DNA of 56,818 bases from an uncultured Clostridia bacterium (GTDB lineage Bacteria > Bacillota > Clostridia > TANB77 > CAG-508): the NCBI GenBank assembly GCA_944389225.1, contig CALXLP010000006.1:1-56818 (forward strand). The letters run 5' to 3'. The notes under the pieces are model-generated. The model saw nothing but the letters and a program-made list of their open reading frames with translations. It was not told the DNA's origin and ran no database searches. Position numbers and translations under genes: made by a program. How positions within the stretch are numbered: the stretch's first letter is position 1; each line of letters begins with the position of its first letter. Below, piece after piece: positions 1-10,278 of the stretch.

Positions 1-191
1 ACAGTTGCTTTCTCTACAATTTCTTTTTCATTTGCTATTTCTGTTTCTTCTTTTGCTTGTCCTGCATTTCCTATGATTCCATTATCTCCTGTTATTGCAC
101 TTATTGTAATTCCTGCTAATATTAATAATATGATAATTGTAATCACTAACGCTAGTAATGTAATTCCTTGTTCCTTCTTCATCTTTTGCAT
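1..191 (-). CDS. Type IV pilin-like (class III signal peptide) surface protein, N-terminal part only (runs off window)
   Basis: ATG at 191 with AAAGGAG RBS; reads MQKMKKEQG|ITLLALVITIIILLILAGITISAITGDNGIIGNAGQAKEETEIANEKEIVEKAT, nearly identical to N-terminus of 441..1976. Confidence 0.9.
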   Translation of the reverse strand, partial: MQKMKKEQGITLLALVITIIILLILAGITISAITGDNGIIGNAGQAKEETEIANEKEIVEKAT

Positions 192-210
192 GTTCTTTGC
201 TCCTTTCACT

Positions 211-417
211 TTTCATTAAGTCAGATACTTAATGAAAGATTTAAAGAAGCTACTTTTATGATTATTTATATATTTTCAGCCTATTTTTATCTTATCTTTT
301 TTCCCTTTTACATATTCATTTATTTTGATAAATATCTCTTAAAAACACTTGATTTTCTTTGCAATTATGATATAATTTTTTTAGTAAAAAATTCATTGAG
401 TATCTGACTCAATGAAT
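211..417. promoter_or_regulatory. Putative invertible promoter switch 1 (OFF orientation)
   Basis: Left site TTTCATTAAGT-CAGAT-ACTTAATGAAA (211-237); right site ATTCATTGAGT-ATCTG-ACTCAATGAAT (391-417); cores are reverse complements; + strand promoter TTGATT(349-354)-16-TGn-TATAAT(371-376) points away from pilin gene. Confidence 0.75.
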
Positions 418-440
418 TTATTTTTTTCTTTTTGTATCGT

Positions 441-1976
441 TTATTCACATGTTAATCTTCCATCATTTCCTATCTTCCATAATTTCCATCCTTGTTCTAT
501 TAATTTATTATTCTGTATATATGTATTTAAACTAGTTATTACATCTTGAATATCTTCCATTTCAAATACTGTGATTTCTGTTTCTGCTTCATTACTTCCT
601 GTTACCTTTTCTATATTATTTAACATAAAGGAATTGGTTAATTCATATTTTTCTTGATTTTGCCAATATATAAGATCCATTCCACATATGCCTCCTGCAT
701 AAGAGGTAGATTGTATTTCTCCTGTATTCACACAGTTTTGTATAATCAATGTTTGTCGATTTAATCCTGTTATTCCACCTGCTCCACCAAAATACCATAT
801 ACTTCTATTTCCATCATATATAATGGTTCCACCATTTATACAATTTTTTATTTGCGTACTTTCTGTATTGTTACTGCCAGTATTTCCACATAATCCTCCC
901 ACACCATAATTTCCACTTGCGCTAGATTTTATTGTTCCTTCATTTATACAATTTAACATTTCTCCTGTAAATTGGTCTCCACAAAATCCACCAACTGCTG
1001 ATGTTGATTCTATATTTCCCAAGTTCACACAATCCCTTATGTTTAATTGACCTGTACACCTTCCTATTATTCCTGCCGCTACACCACCATATATCTTAAC
1101 ATCACTCATAATATTTTCAATTTGACTCTTTCCTCCTTGAGAAATAATTCCAGCATTATTACTTTGACTATGTATTTCTCCTTTTACTGTAATATTCTTG
1201 AAATTAGCATTATTTAAAGATAAGATGAGACCTGCATTGTCCTGTTTAGAAATATATAAATTACTGATTACATTTTCATCACCATCAAAATTACCTGAAA
1301 ATTGTTGTATTGGTTTAAATCCTTCTCCACTTTGTAATTCTTTTATTAAACTATCTGTATTTCCATCTTGATTCACATCGCCATAGCCTTTTGTTTCACT
1401 ATTTGCATATGATAATTCTGATTTAAAGTTTAAATTAGTACATAACTTTATATATGCATTCGTATATTGACTATAGTTTTTAGACCATTCCATTAAATCT
1501 TCTATACACCAAATCTCATATGGTTTTTCTTCACTTCCATCTAATGTGTTTCCATCTTTTCCAACAGTAATATCTCCTGGATATTTGTCTTCTATGATTT
1601 CAAAAGCTCCTTCTACATTTCCATCTTTATCTACTGTGTAATATCTGTTACTTTCATGAAATACAACTTCAAATTCATCCCCAGCATCTGATACTTCCGT
1701 TTTTTCTTCTCCTGTTTCCTTATCCAGTTGTTCTTGTAATTCACTTTCTTCGATATTTCCATATTTATTATTTCCCATTGCTTGTACAGTTGCTTTTTCT
1801 ATAATTTCTTTTTCATTTGCAATTACTGTTTCTTCTTTTGCTTGACCTGCATTTCCTATGATTCCATTATCTCCTGTAATAGCACTTATTGTGATTCCTG
1901 CTAGAATTAATAGTACAATAATTGTGATAACTAATGCTAATAGTGTAATTCCTTGTTCTTTCTTTATCTTTTGCAT
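441..1976 (-). CDS. Type IV pilin-like protein with large C-terminal GLUG-like/beta-helix adhesin domain
   Basis: Prepilin-like KKEQG|ITLLALVITIIVLLILAG (no Glu5); PYEIxCIEDL motif, FSGNFDG, repeated 'NCxNxGxI...GGIxG' units. Confidence 0.85.
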   Translation of the reverse strand: MQKIKKEQGITLLALVITIIVLLILAGITISAITGDNGIIGNAGQAKEETVIANEKEIIEKATVQAMGNNKYGNIEESELQEQLDKETGEEKTEVSDAGDEFEVVFHESNRYYTVDKDGNVEGAFEIIEDKYPGDITVGKDGNTLDGSEEKPYEIWCIEDLMEWSKNYSQYTNAYIKLCTNLNFKSELSYANSETKGYGDVNQDGNTDSLIKELQSGEGFKPIQQFSGNFDGDENVISNLYISKQDNAGLILSLNNANFKNITVKGEIHSQSNNAGIISQGGKSQIENIMSDVKIYGGVAAGIIGRCTGQLNIRDCVNLGNIESTSAVGGFCGDQFTGEMLNCINEGTIKSSASGNYGVGGLCGNTGSNNTESTQIKNCINGGTIIYDGNRSIWYFGGAGGITGLNRQTLIIQNCVNTGEIQSTSYAGGICGMDLIYWQNQEKYELTNSFMLNNIEKVTGSNEAETEITVFEMEDIQDVITSLNTYIQNNKLIEQGWKLWKIGNDGRLTCE

Positions 1977-1997
1977 TTTATCTTCTCCCTTCTATAC

Positions 1998-2202
1998 TTT
2001 CTTTTAGTTAAGTACTCTAAGAAATATAGAAAGTTGGATTTTATGCATTATTTAGCCTTTTTACTGTCTTTGTTCTTTTTTATTTTCTATTTTCCAATTA
2101 ATAAATTTTGTCATTTTATTTTTCATTTTTTGTTGATATCTATTATATTTATTGGTATAATCAAGGTACAAAAAAAGTTCTAGAGTACTTAACTCTAGGA
2201 CT
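1998..2202. promoter_or_regulatory. Putative invertible promoter switch 2 (OFF orientation)
   Basis: Left TTTCTTTTAGT-TAAGT-ACTCTAAGAAA (1998-2024); right AGTTCTAGAGT-ACTTA-ACTCTAGGACT (2176-2202) flanked by A- and T-tracts; promoter TTGATA(2133-2138)-17-TGn-TATAAT(2156-2161) on + strand. Confidence 0.75.
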
Positions 2203-2220
2203 TTTTTATTTGTTTCTTAG

Positions 2221-2640
2221 TTAAAATATCTTTGTAAATTGTGTTCCTATCCAAATCCAATAAATTCCTAATCCCACTAATGTTGCCAATACACTCATTA
2301 TTATATATACTTTTGTGCTGATTTTTCCTTTTCGTTTCATATATATATTAATCGGTAGTAATATTAACAAATATACAATTAAAAGAAACATTCCTATCAT
2401 TGCATTTAAACTTTCTTCACTTTCTGGTACATAATATGCACTTCCCTTAGGTTGATTTGAAAAGAACATATAAAATAATATAAAAAATATGGTATCCATA
2501 AATCCCATAAAACCATTAAATATAACAGACAATGTTGATATGATATATTTTTTTGGCTTTTCTTTAAATTTTATCAATCCAATTATTACACAAATCAATA
2601 TATAAATAATTAATCCTGCTAATATTTTTAATAATACCAT
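2221..2640 (-). CDS. Hypothetical membrane protein (about 4 TM helices)
   Basis: 139-aa ORF with four hydrophobic stretches; AGGAG RBS. Confidence 0.7.
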   Translation of the reverse strand: MVLLKILAGLIIYILICVIIGLIKFKEKPKKYIISTLSVIFNGFMGFMDTIFFILFYMFFSNQPKGSAYYVPESEESLNAMIGMFLLIVYLLILLPINIYMKRKGKISTKVYIIMSVLATLVGLGIYWIWIGTQFTKIF

Positions 2641-2771
2641 TTCTTTTTCTCCTAAGTTTTTTCTTATTTTATCATAAAAGCAAAAATTACTCTATACCTT
2701 TTCGATATAAAGTAATTTTTCTATTAGAATCATCAAAATTATTAAATTCTCAAATAGTATTCATATATAGA

Positions 2772-3542
2772 TTATACACCAACAGTTGAGAAACCATTAT
2801 CTACATGAATAATTTCTCCAGTAATAGCACTTGACATATCACTAAATAAAAATGCTGTAGCATTTCCAACTTGATTGATAGTAACATTTTTATGTAATGG
2901 TGCTCTTTCTTCAACAATATCTAATATTGAACCAAAGTCTTTGATTCCTTTAGCTGATAATGTTTTGATTGGTCCTGCTGAAATTCCATTAATTCTATAT
3001 CCATCTTTTCCTAAATCTCTTGCTAAATATCTAATGCTTGCTTCTAATGCTGCTTTAGCAACTCCCATTACATTGTATCCTTCAATTGCTTTTTCTGATC
3101 CATAATATGTATATGCAACAATGCTTGCTCCTTCATTTAACATTTCTTTTTCTCTTGCCATTCTAACAATAGCAACTAATGAATAAGCACTTACATCTTG
3201 TGCATGTGCATAGCCATCTCTTGATGTTAAGATAAAATCATTTCTTAAATCTTCTGTGTTAGCATGTGCAATAGCATGTAATAATCCATCGATTTTTCCA
3301 TGATCTTTTTTAATTTCTTCTAAGCATTTATCTATATCTTCGTCTTTACTTACATCATTACATACATAAACACTTGCTCTTGGCATATCTTTTACTAAAT
3401 CTTTTACTTTATCTACACTATCTGCTGAACAAGTACAAATAACTTCTGCTCCTTGTTCATAAGCTGATTGTGTTGCTCCCCATGCAATACTCCATTTGTT
3501 TCTTACTCCCATAATTACTACTTTTTTACCTTCTAATAACAT
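2772..3542 (-). CDS. fabI: Enoyl-ACP reductase FabI
   Basis: GVRNKWSIAWG, YNVMGVAKAALE, SAGPIKTL motifs. Confidence 0.93.
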   Translation of the reverse strand: MLLEGKKVVIMGVRNKWSIAWGATQSAYEQGAEVICTCSADSVDKVKDLVKDMPRASVYVCNDVSKDEDIDKCLEEIKKDHGKIDGLLHAIAHANTEDLRNDFILTSRDGYAHAQDVSAYSLVAIVRMAREKEMLNEGASIVAYTYYGSEKAIEGYNVMGVAKAALEASIRYLARDLGKDGYRINGISAGPIKTLSAKGIKDFGSILDIVEERAPLHKNVTINQVGNATAFLFSDMSSAITGEIIHVDNGFSTVGV

Positions 3543-3663
3543 TTTAAATTCCTCCTAATTTATATTTTTATTGTATAGAAAAATCAGCTTTTCTATGTTT
3601 ATCTTATATAAGTACAAGCTTTTTTCATATACAACAAGATTAATCTTTTTTATATGTTATATT

Positions 3664-4455
3664 TTAGCACATTGTTCTAAATTTTTCATATCTGTTTTCT
3701 ACTAATTCTTTTTTAGATAATGTGTTTAATTCTTTTAAACTTTTTTTAATGTATGATTTTAATTCTTTTAGAACCATTTCTATATCTTCTTGTGCACCAC
3801 CTTCTGGCTCTTTTATAATTTTGTCAATGATTCCAAAATCTTTTAAATCTTTAGCAGTAGACTTCATATCTTCTGCTGCTTCTTTTGCTTTACTTGAATC
3901 TTTATATAAGATACTAGCAAATCCTTCTGGTGATAAGATGGAATATACTGCATTTTCTAACATAGCAATTCTATCTCCCACAGCGATTGCCAATGCACCA
4001 CCACTAGAACCTTCTCCAATAACAATACAAATGATTGGTACTTCTAGTTTTGACATCTCAAATAGATTTCTAGCAATTGCTTCACCTTGACCTCTTTCTT
4101 CTGCTCCCATTCCAGGATATGCACCAGGTGTATCAATAAAGGTGATAATTGGTCTATTGAATTTCTCTGCTTGTTTCATTAATCGTAATGCTTTTCTATA
4201 TCCTTCTGGATTTGGCATTCCAAAATTTCTTTCCATATTTTCTTTTGCTTTTTTTCCTTTTTGTTCTCCTATTACGGTGACTGGCATACCATCAAATGTT
4301 GCAATTCCTCCAACAATTGCTTTATCATCTCCGAAATTTCTGTCACCATGTAATTCCATAAAATCATCAAATAGTCCATTGATATAATCTAATGCTTTTG
4401 GTCTATCCATTTTTCTTGCTAACATTACTCTATCCCATGCTGTTATTTTTGCCAT
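3664..4455 (-). CDS. accA: Acetyl-CoA carboxylase carboxyltransferase alpha
   Basis: [35 protein letters not shown]. Confidence 0.95.
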   Translation of the reverse strand: MAKITAWDRVMLARKMDRPKALDYINGLFDDFMELHGDRNFGDDKAIVGGIATFDGMPVTVIGEQKGKKAKENMERNFGMPNPEGYRKALRLMKQAEKFNRPIITFIDTPGAYPGMGAEERGQGEAIARNLFEMSKLEVPIICIVIGEGSSGGALAIAVGDRIAMLENAVYSILSPEGFASILYKDSSKAKEAAEDMKSTAKDLKDFGIIDKIIKEPEGGAQEDIEMVLKELKSYIKKSLKELNTLSKKELVENRYEKFRTMC

Positions 4456-4471
4456 GTTTCTTCCTCCTTTT

Positions 4472-5317
4472 TTATTTGTGTAGTCTGATTAATTTTGCAA
4501 TTGTTGATTTCATATCTTTTCTTTCTACTATTTTATCAATAAATCCATGTTCTAATAAAAATTCTGAACTTTGGAATCCTTCTGGTAATTTTTGATTAAT
4601 GGTCTGTTCTATAACCCTTGGTCCTGCAAATCCAATTAAGGCATGTGGTTCTGCTAAAATGATATCTCCTAAGCTTGCAAAACTTGCTGTTACACCACCT
4701 GTTGTTGGATCTGTTAAGACAGATATATATAATTGTCCTGCTTTATCTAATTTGGTAAGTGCACTTGATGTTTTCGCCATTTGCATTAAAGATATCATAC
4801 CTTCTTGCATTCTAGCACCACCTGATACACAGAATATAATTAATGGCAATTTCTTTTTAGCTGCTGTTTCAATTGCAAGTGTAATTCTTTCTCCTACTGC
4901 TGATCCCATACTTCCCATTAAAAAGTTTCCATCCATAACAGCCAAAACTGCTTTTTCTCCTTCTATTTCACATGTACCACATTTTACAGCTTCTTCTATT
5001 TTTGTTTTTTCTTTTAACATTTCTACTTTTTTCATATATCCTTTAAAATTCAATGGATCTTTTGTATGAATATCTCCACCAATTTCTTTAAAGGTTCCTT
5101 CATCTGCAATTTGTTTAATTCTTCTTCTTGATGATAATCTAAAATGTTTGCCACAGTTTGGACACACACTCAAATTTTGGTGTAAATCGTCTTTATAGAT
5201 AATTTCTTTACATTTATCACATTTTACCCATTTTCCAATCATCATATCTGAAGCTTTTTCATTCTTGACTCTCTTTTCTTCCTTTTCGTTTACCTTTTTT
5301 ACTTTGTCTATTACCAA
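4472..5317 (-). CDS. accD: Acetyl-CoA carboxylase carboxyltransferase beta
   Basis: Zn finger CDKC...[35 protein letters not shown]. Confidence 0.95.
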   Translation of the reverse strand: MVIDKVKKVNEKEEKRVKNEKASDMMIGKWVKCDKCKEIIYKDDLHQNLSVCPNCGKHFRLSSRRRIKQIADEGTFKEIGGDIHTKDPLNFKGYMKKVEMLKEKTKIEEAVKCGTCEIEGEKAVLAVMDGNFLMGSMGSAVGERITLAIETAAKKKLPLIIFCVSGGARMQEGMISLMQMAKTSSALTKLDKAGQLYISVLTDPTTGGVTASFASLGDIILAEPHALIGFAGPRVIEQTINQKLPEGFQSSEFLLEHGFIDKIVERKDMKSTIAKLIRLHK

Positions 5318-5465
5318 GGTATTTCCCTCCTTTTATATCTTTGTTATTATATATGTATTTTGAATTTATTTCAACTAGGATAAGTAGTCAATTTTTTGTT
5401 AAAAGAGAATAAAATCAATAGATGAAATAAGAAATTAGCATTATAATTGCTAATTTCTTTTTCTA

Positions 5466-6809
5466 TTACATATTAAATTCTTTTTTTATAAAAGATGTGT
5501 CATAATTGTTTGTTTTAAAGTTTTCATTTTTTAGTATTTTCAATAAAAAGTCTATATTGGTTGTAATTCCTTCTACAACAAATTCTGCCACTGCACTTTT
5601 CATTTTTGCGATAGATTCTTCTCTATTTTTTCCATGAACAATTAATTTTGCAAGCATAGAATCATATGTAGGTGGAACTGTATATCCACTATATATAGCA
5701 GTATCTACTCTTACACCATTTCCTCCTGGAATATGTAATCCTGTTATCGTTCCTGGACATGGCATAAAGTTTTTATCTGGATTTTCTGCATTAATTCTTA
5801 CTTCCATAGAATGTCCATTAAATTTAATATCTTCTTGTTTATATGTTAATTCTTCTCCACTTGCAATTTTGATTTGTTCTTTTATGATATCTACACCTGT
5901 TACCATTTCTGTTACAGGGTGTTCTACTTGTATTCTTGTATTCATTTCCATGAAATAGAAATCTTTATTTTTGTCAACTAAAAATTCAATGGTTCCTGCA
6001 TTAGAATAACCAATTTCTTTTACTGCCTTTACTGCTACTTCTCCCATTTTCTTTCTAGTTTCTTCATCTAGTATACCACTTGGTGTTTCTTCTAATACTT
6101 TTTGATTTCTTCTTTGTACTGAGCAATCTCTTTCTCCTAAATGGATACAGTTTCCGTGCTCATCTGCTAATATTTGAATTTCCACATGTCTTGGATTTTC
6201 TACAAATTTTTCTAAATAAAGGCTATCATCATTAAAAGATACTTTTGCTTCTTGTTTAACAATATCATATTCTTTTTCTAATTCTTCTTTAGAAAAGGCA
6301 ACTCTAATGCCTCTTCCTCCACCACCTGCTGATGCTTTTAACATAACAGGATATTTAATTTGTTCTGCTAAGTTGACTGCTTGTTCTTTTGAATAGATTA
6401 ATCCATCTGATCCAGGAACAACTGGAACTCCTGCTCTTTTCATCGTTTCTTTTGCTCTTGATTTATTTCCCAACAATTCGATTAGTTTATAGTCTGGTCC
6501 AATAAATTTGATTCCTGTTTCTTGACAAATTTTTGCAAAATTTGGATTTTCTGATAAGAATCCAAATCCTGGGTGAATACTATCTGCACCTGTTAAGCAT
6601 GCTGCTTCTAATATGGCTTTTACATTTAAATAACTTTTATTAGATGGTGCTGGTCCTACACAAATGGCTTCATCTGCTAATTGTACATGTAAGGCATTTT
6701 TATCTACTTCTGAATAAATGGCAACTGTTCTAATTCCCATTTCTCTACATGCTCTGATAATTCTAACTGCAATTTCTCCTCTATTGGCAATTAATACTTT
6801 TTTTAACAT
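5466..6809 (-). CDS. accC: Biotin carboxylase
   Basis: KVLIANRGEIA, HPGFGFLSEN, GGGGRG, EMNTRIQVEH. Confidence 0.96.
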   Translation of the reverse strand: MLKKVLIANRGEIAVRIIRACREMGIRTVAIYSEVDKNALHVQLADEAICVGPAPSNKSYLNVKAILEAACLTGADSIHPGFGFLSENPNFAKICQETGIKFIGPDYKLIELLGNKSRAKETMKRAGVPVVPGSDGLIYSKEQAVNLAEQIKYPVMLKASAGGGGRGIRVAFSKEELEKEYDIVKQEAKVSFNDDSLYLEKFVENPRHVEIQILADEHGNCIHLGERDCSVQRRNQKVLEETPSGILDEETRKKMGEVAVKAVKEIGYSNAGTIEFLVDKNKDFYFMEMNTRIQVEHPVTEMVTGVDIIKEQIKIASGEELTYKQEDIKFNGHSMEVRINAENPDKNFMPCPGTITGLHIPGGNGVRVDTAIYSGYTVPPTYDSMLAKLIVHGKNREESIAKMKSAVAEFVVEGITTNIDFLLKILKNENFKTNNYDTSFIKKEFNM

Positions 6810-6968
6810 GAAAATTCCTCCTATGAAAGATAATTTATTTTTATATTTTCTATATTCTCTTAAAAAAAGACAGCTTACATACTGTCTTTTATACCTTATA
6901 TATTATATATTTATTTTTTATTTTTTTCAAGCTAGGATAGGTGGTCAGTAATTATCGATTACTTTCCT

Positions 6969-8051
6969 TTATTTCCAGTTTTCTGGAATTTCACTATAAT
7001 TTGTCAAATTCTCACATCCTGTATAACATGCATTTCCACTAATACCACTTCTTTCCCATAAAGGTATGGCATTTCCAGTCAAAGATGTACAGTTATAAAA
7101 TGCATTGTCTGCATTTTTAATATTAGGACAATTATCAAATAAATCAGATGGAATTCGTGTTAATGATGTACAATTATAAAACATAGCCCTAATATTTGTT
7201 AAATTACCAAAGCTATTTTCTTTTGGAGAAACAATTTCTGTTAAATTGGTACAATTAGAAAAATTAACATTAATCATTTTATTTTCTCCCCAATCTATTA
7301 TTTTTTGTAACGCTGGTGAATTAACTATTATTTGTGTAGCATATATCTTTATATTAAATATTTTATTTTTTTCTTCATATTTATGCATTACTGGTATAGG
7401 AGCCCCTATAACTGCTACAGATATATTATCATTGAAACTAGCTATTTTTTGTGATTTTCCAATTTCAGTCCCTTCTAATTTGCTATATGTTCCATCTCCC
7501 CAATCTATTATTCCATCCATAGAAATCGCTAATAAAACTGTTCCTTTATCTCCCACATTCACATCAATCTTAAAACCTTTTTCTACCTTTTCTCTTTCTT
7601 GTTCTGTTAAATCTGCCACCTCATAAGTAAAATTTTTCATATATTCTTCTTCAGTTTTAATCTCTAAATTTCCTGTTTCATAATTTGATGTAACATAATA
7701 TATATTCCCTGTATCTGAAAATGTTATCATATAGCTGTTATCTACTTTTTGAACAATTGTTTCTCCTTTACCAGCTACACTATCTAATTCTGTTTGTAAC
7801 CCTTGATAATCTTCTCCTACTGTTTCTGGTTCATAATATACTATTCCTAAAGCTGTTAAGGCTGTTTTTATCTGTTCCTCTTCTGTTGCCACAACATTAT
7901 CTTCTTTAGCATTTTGCGCTCTTGTTAATATTCCATTATTACCTGTTAATGTTGCAATTGTTACACCTGCCAATATTAATAATACAATAATTGTAATAAC
8001 TAAAGCTATTAGTGTAATTCCTTTGTTTTTTCTTGATTCTTTTGTTTTCAT
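6969..8051 (-). CDS. Type IV pilin-like protein with PKD-like (IDWGDG) and BspA/DUF285-like LRR C-terminus
   Basis: KNKG|ITLIALVITIIVLLILAGVTI; IDWGDG; repeats 'FYNCTSLT', ends IPENWK. Confidence 0.85.
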   Translation of the reverse strand: MKTKESRKNKGITLIALVITIIVLLILAGVTIATLTGNNGILTRAQNAKEDNVVATEEEQIKTALTALGIVYYEPETVGEDYQGLQTELDSVAGKGETIVQKVDNSYMITFSDTGNIYYVTSNYETGNLEIKTEEEYMKNFTYEVADLTEQEREKVEKGFKIDVNVGDKGTVLLAISMDGIIDWGDGTYSKLEGTEIGKSQKIASFNDNISVAVIGAPIPVMHKYEEKNKIFNIKIYATQIIVNSPALQKIIDWGENKMINVNFSNCTNLTEIVSPKENSFGNLTNIRAMFYNCTSLTRIPSDLFDNCPNIKNADNAFYNCTSLTGNAIPLWERSGISGNACYTGCENLTNYSEIPENWK

Positions 8052-8075
8052 CTCTTCTTTTTCCTCCCTTTTAAC

Positions 8076-8282
8076 TTTCTATTATTTAGTTACTCTAAGA
8101 AATTTACATGTATATTAAAACCTGCTTATAAGTTATTTTTGTTAACATTCTTACTGTTAATTTCTTTCATATTCTCAAAAAATTTTTTATAAAAAAATAA
8201 ATTAAAATCCTATTGACAGCCCTGCAATTTATTGTTATCATAATTGTATGAAATCTTTCTTAGAGTAACTAACTCTAAGATT
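8076..8282. promoter_or_regulatory. Putative invertible promoter switch 3 (OFF orientation)
   Basis: Left TTTCTATTATT-TAGTT-ACTCTAAGAAA (8076-8102); right TTTCTTAGAGT-AACTA-ACTCTAAGATT (8256-8282)+T-tract; perfect 17-bp IR 8086-8102/8256-8272; promoter TTGACA(8213-8218)-17-TGn-TATCAT(8236-8241) on + strand. Confidence 0.78.
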
Positions 8283-8532
8283 TTTTATTAATATTATGTT
8301 TCTTACAAAAGTTCTATTTTTTTATTTATAAGTAAAGCAAAAACCATTTTTTCAACGCAATACTTCCATTTAAGTTTCCTATAAATACAGAGTAAATTAC
8401 TTATTTTTCAGATAGTTTTGATTTACAATTTAAATAAAATTAGCTTATTTTTATATACTGACATTAAATGTCAATACAACAATTACTTCTTTTGTGTCAT
8501 AATTACTTTAAACATTAGTTTAGGGTGATGTT

Positions 8533-8739
8533 ATGATAAAAGAAAAAAGAAAGGCAAAAAAATATACACAAGAAAAAATGTCTGAAATACTAGGAATTAG
8601 TTTGAGACAATATATACGAATTGATAACGAAGAAGATTTACCCAGAAGAGATGTTTTAAAAAATCTGATTTTAGAATTAGAATTAACAGATGAAGAATTA
8701 GGTGAATACATAAGAATTATGGCAAATAAAATAGCTTAA
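8533..8739 (+). CDS. XRE/Cro-family helix-turn-helix protein
   Basis: TQEKMSEILGISLRQYIRID HTH pattern; upstream palindrome TGACAT-TAA-ATGTCA (8459-8473); hairpin 8728-8779 downstream. Confidence 0.85.
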   Translation: MIKEKRKAKKYTQEKMSEILGISLRQYIRIDNEEDLPRRDVLKNLILELELTDEELGEYIRIMANKIA

Positions 8740-8844
8740 GAATATTAAATTATATAATAAAATATTCTTAAGCTATTTTTTATTATATGATGAAAACTAG
8801 TTTTTTATCTTCGCTTACACATAAGTTTCTTCATATACATTATC

Positions 8845-9531
8845 TTATTTTGTTGATATATGTATATTTTCAATTTCTGCATTTAATTCTCTAGAAATAA
8901 TATTTTGTATTTGTGCTACTTCTTCTTGTTGTAATTGTTCTGCTCCAATAATCACACTAATGCTATCTCCATTTACAAAAATAATATTATTAGTAAATCC
9001 TTTTGTACTAATCAAATTCTCACATATCATGATACTATTTTTCGTATCATTAATTTTTTTAATTTCTTCTGTGGCACTTTGTTTTTGCGTTTCTAAGCTA
9101 TTACTACTATTTAATACCTTTTCATAACTTTCTATCATCTGTGAATACATAGTGTCTCTTTCTAGTTTTGATTTTGTAAAATATTCATCTGATGTTACTG
9201 TTGCACTTGTTTGTGCTACTGTATTAGCTGTACTATTTTCTGTTGTGTTATTGTCTTGTGTCATATTTGTATCAGCCATTGTATTTGTTGTATCTGCTGT
9301 TACATTTTCTTCTACTTCATTTTCACTAACTGCTTCACTATTTACTAATGTAGCATCTCCAATATCAGCAATTTGCATATCATCATTTGCTTCCATTTCC
9401 ATAGCTGTCTGTGTAGATACTTGCTCTGCTGTATTGGTAGTATAATTCAAATATCCAGCAGTCACTAACATTAAGGCAATAACATAAATAATTACTTGAT
9501 TTTTCTTCAATAAGCCTTTCATTATTTTCAT
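8845..9531 (-). CDS. spoIIIAH: Stage III sporulation protein AH
   Basis: N-terminal TM 'LMLVTAGYLNY', YFTKSKLER, ENLISTKGF; last gene of spoIIIA cluster. Confidence 0.88.
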   Translation of the reverse strand: MKIMKGLLKKNQVIIYVIALMLVTAGYLNYTTNTAEQVSTQTAMEMEANDDMQIADIGDATLVNSEAVSENEVEENVTADTTNTMADTNMTQDNNTTENSTANTVAQTSATVTSDEYFTKSKLERDTMYSQMIESYEKVLNSSNSLETQKQSATEEIKKINDTKNSIMICENLISTKGFTNNIIFVNGDSISVIIGAEQLQQEEVAQIQNIISRELNAEIENIHISTK

Positions 9532-9610
9532 ACTTTACCTTCCTTTCAATGTTTTTTTCTTGATTCATTGTTTAAACTCTTTTTTAAACAATTTTTATTT
9601 ATTCTATAAA

Positions 9611-9663
9611 AGTCCTGTCCCTTTTGGACGAAAAATGTCCATTTTGACACGTCCCTAATGTTC
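9611..9663 (-). repeat. REP-like dispersed repeat copy A (overlaps spoIIIAG stop)
   Basis: agtcctgtcccttttggacgaaaaatgtccattttgacacgtccctaatgttc; near-identical to 14575-14621. Confidence 0.85.
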
Positions 9664-10278
9664 CATTTCAAAGACTTGTATTTTATGGGTTGGTAGTCCT
9701 GTTACTGCTTCTACTGCTTGGATGATACTTGTTTTTACTTCTGCATTTTCTGCTCCTTTTGCTGTGATAATTGCCCCTTCTATTTGTGGTTCTACTACTT
9801 TTTGTGTGATGACTGTTTTTTGTCCATCATTTTCTTCATATATGATTTCTTTTTGTGAATCGGTTTCTTCTATGGTTCTAGTTCCTCCTGATGTGTCTGT
9901 TTCTTCTGTATTACTGGTTTGTGTGTTTTCATTATACATAGGTATAATTTCACTTGATTCTGAGTAATTGATGAATACATTGACTTCTCCTACGCCTTGA
10001 ATTTTTGCTAATATTTCTTCTAATTTTATTTCCAATTCATTACTGGTATTACTCGATACTTCCAATGAAGATGTATTACTACTTGCTAATTGTTTTGAAG
10101 TATCATTTTGTGAATTTTTTTGGTTACCACTATCTCTATCTCCATTCCATATGATATTAATAATCACAACTGTGACAATTAATATGACAACAAAAAATAC
10201 CAAATTTTCTATTTTCTTTTTATTATTCTTATTTCCATCTTCTGGATTGATTAACCCTTTTAATTTATCTTTAAACAT
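9655..10278 (-). CDS. spoIIIAG: Stage III sporulation protein AG
   Basis: LEEILAKIQGVGEV, PQIEGAIITAKGA, AVEAVTGLPTHKIQV. Confidence 0.9.
   Translation of the reverse strand: MFKDKLKGLINPEDGNKNNKKKIENLVFFVVILIVTVVIINIIWNGDRDSGNQKNSQNDTSKQLASSNTSSLEVSSNTSNELEIKLEEILAKIQGVGEVNVFINYSESSEIIPMYNENTQTSNTEETDTSGGTRTIEETDSQKEIIYEENDGQKTVITQKVVEPQIEGAIITAKGAENAEVKTSIIQAVEAVTGLPTHKIQVFEMEH

Noticed and set aside
168-407. Short + strand ORFs over switch regions (168..407, 1953..2183) and the many antisense ORFs in the track
   Set aside because: Low-complexity shadows of AT-rich DNA or of real minus-strand genes; no RBS or family motifs
8533-8739. XRE protein as the switch recombinase
   Set aside because: 68-aa HTH only, with no catalytic domain; an accessory role cannot be supported from sequence
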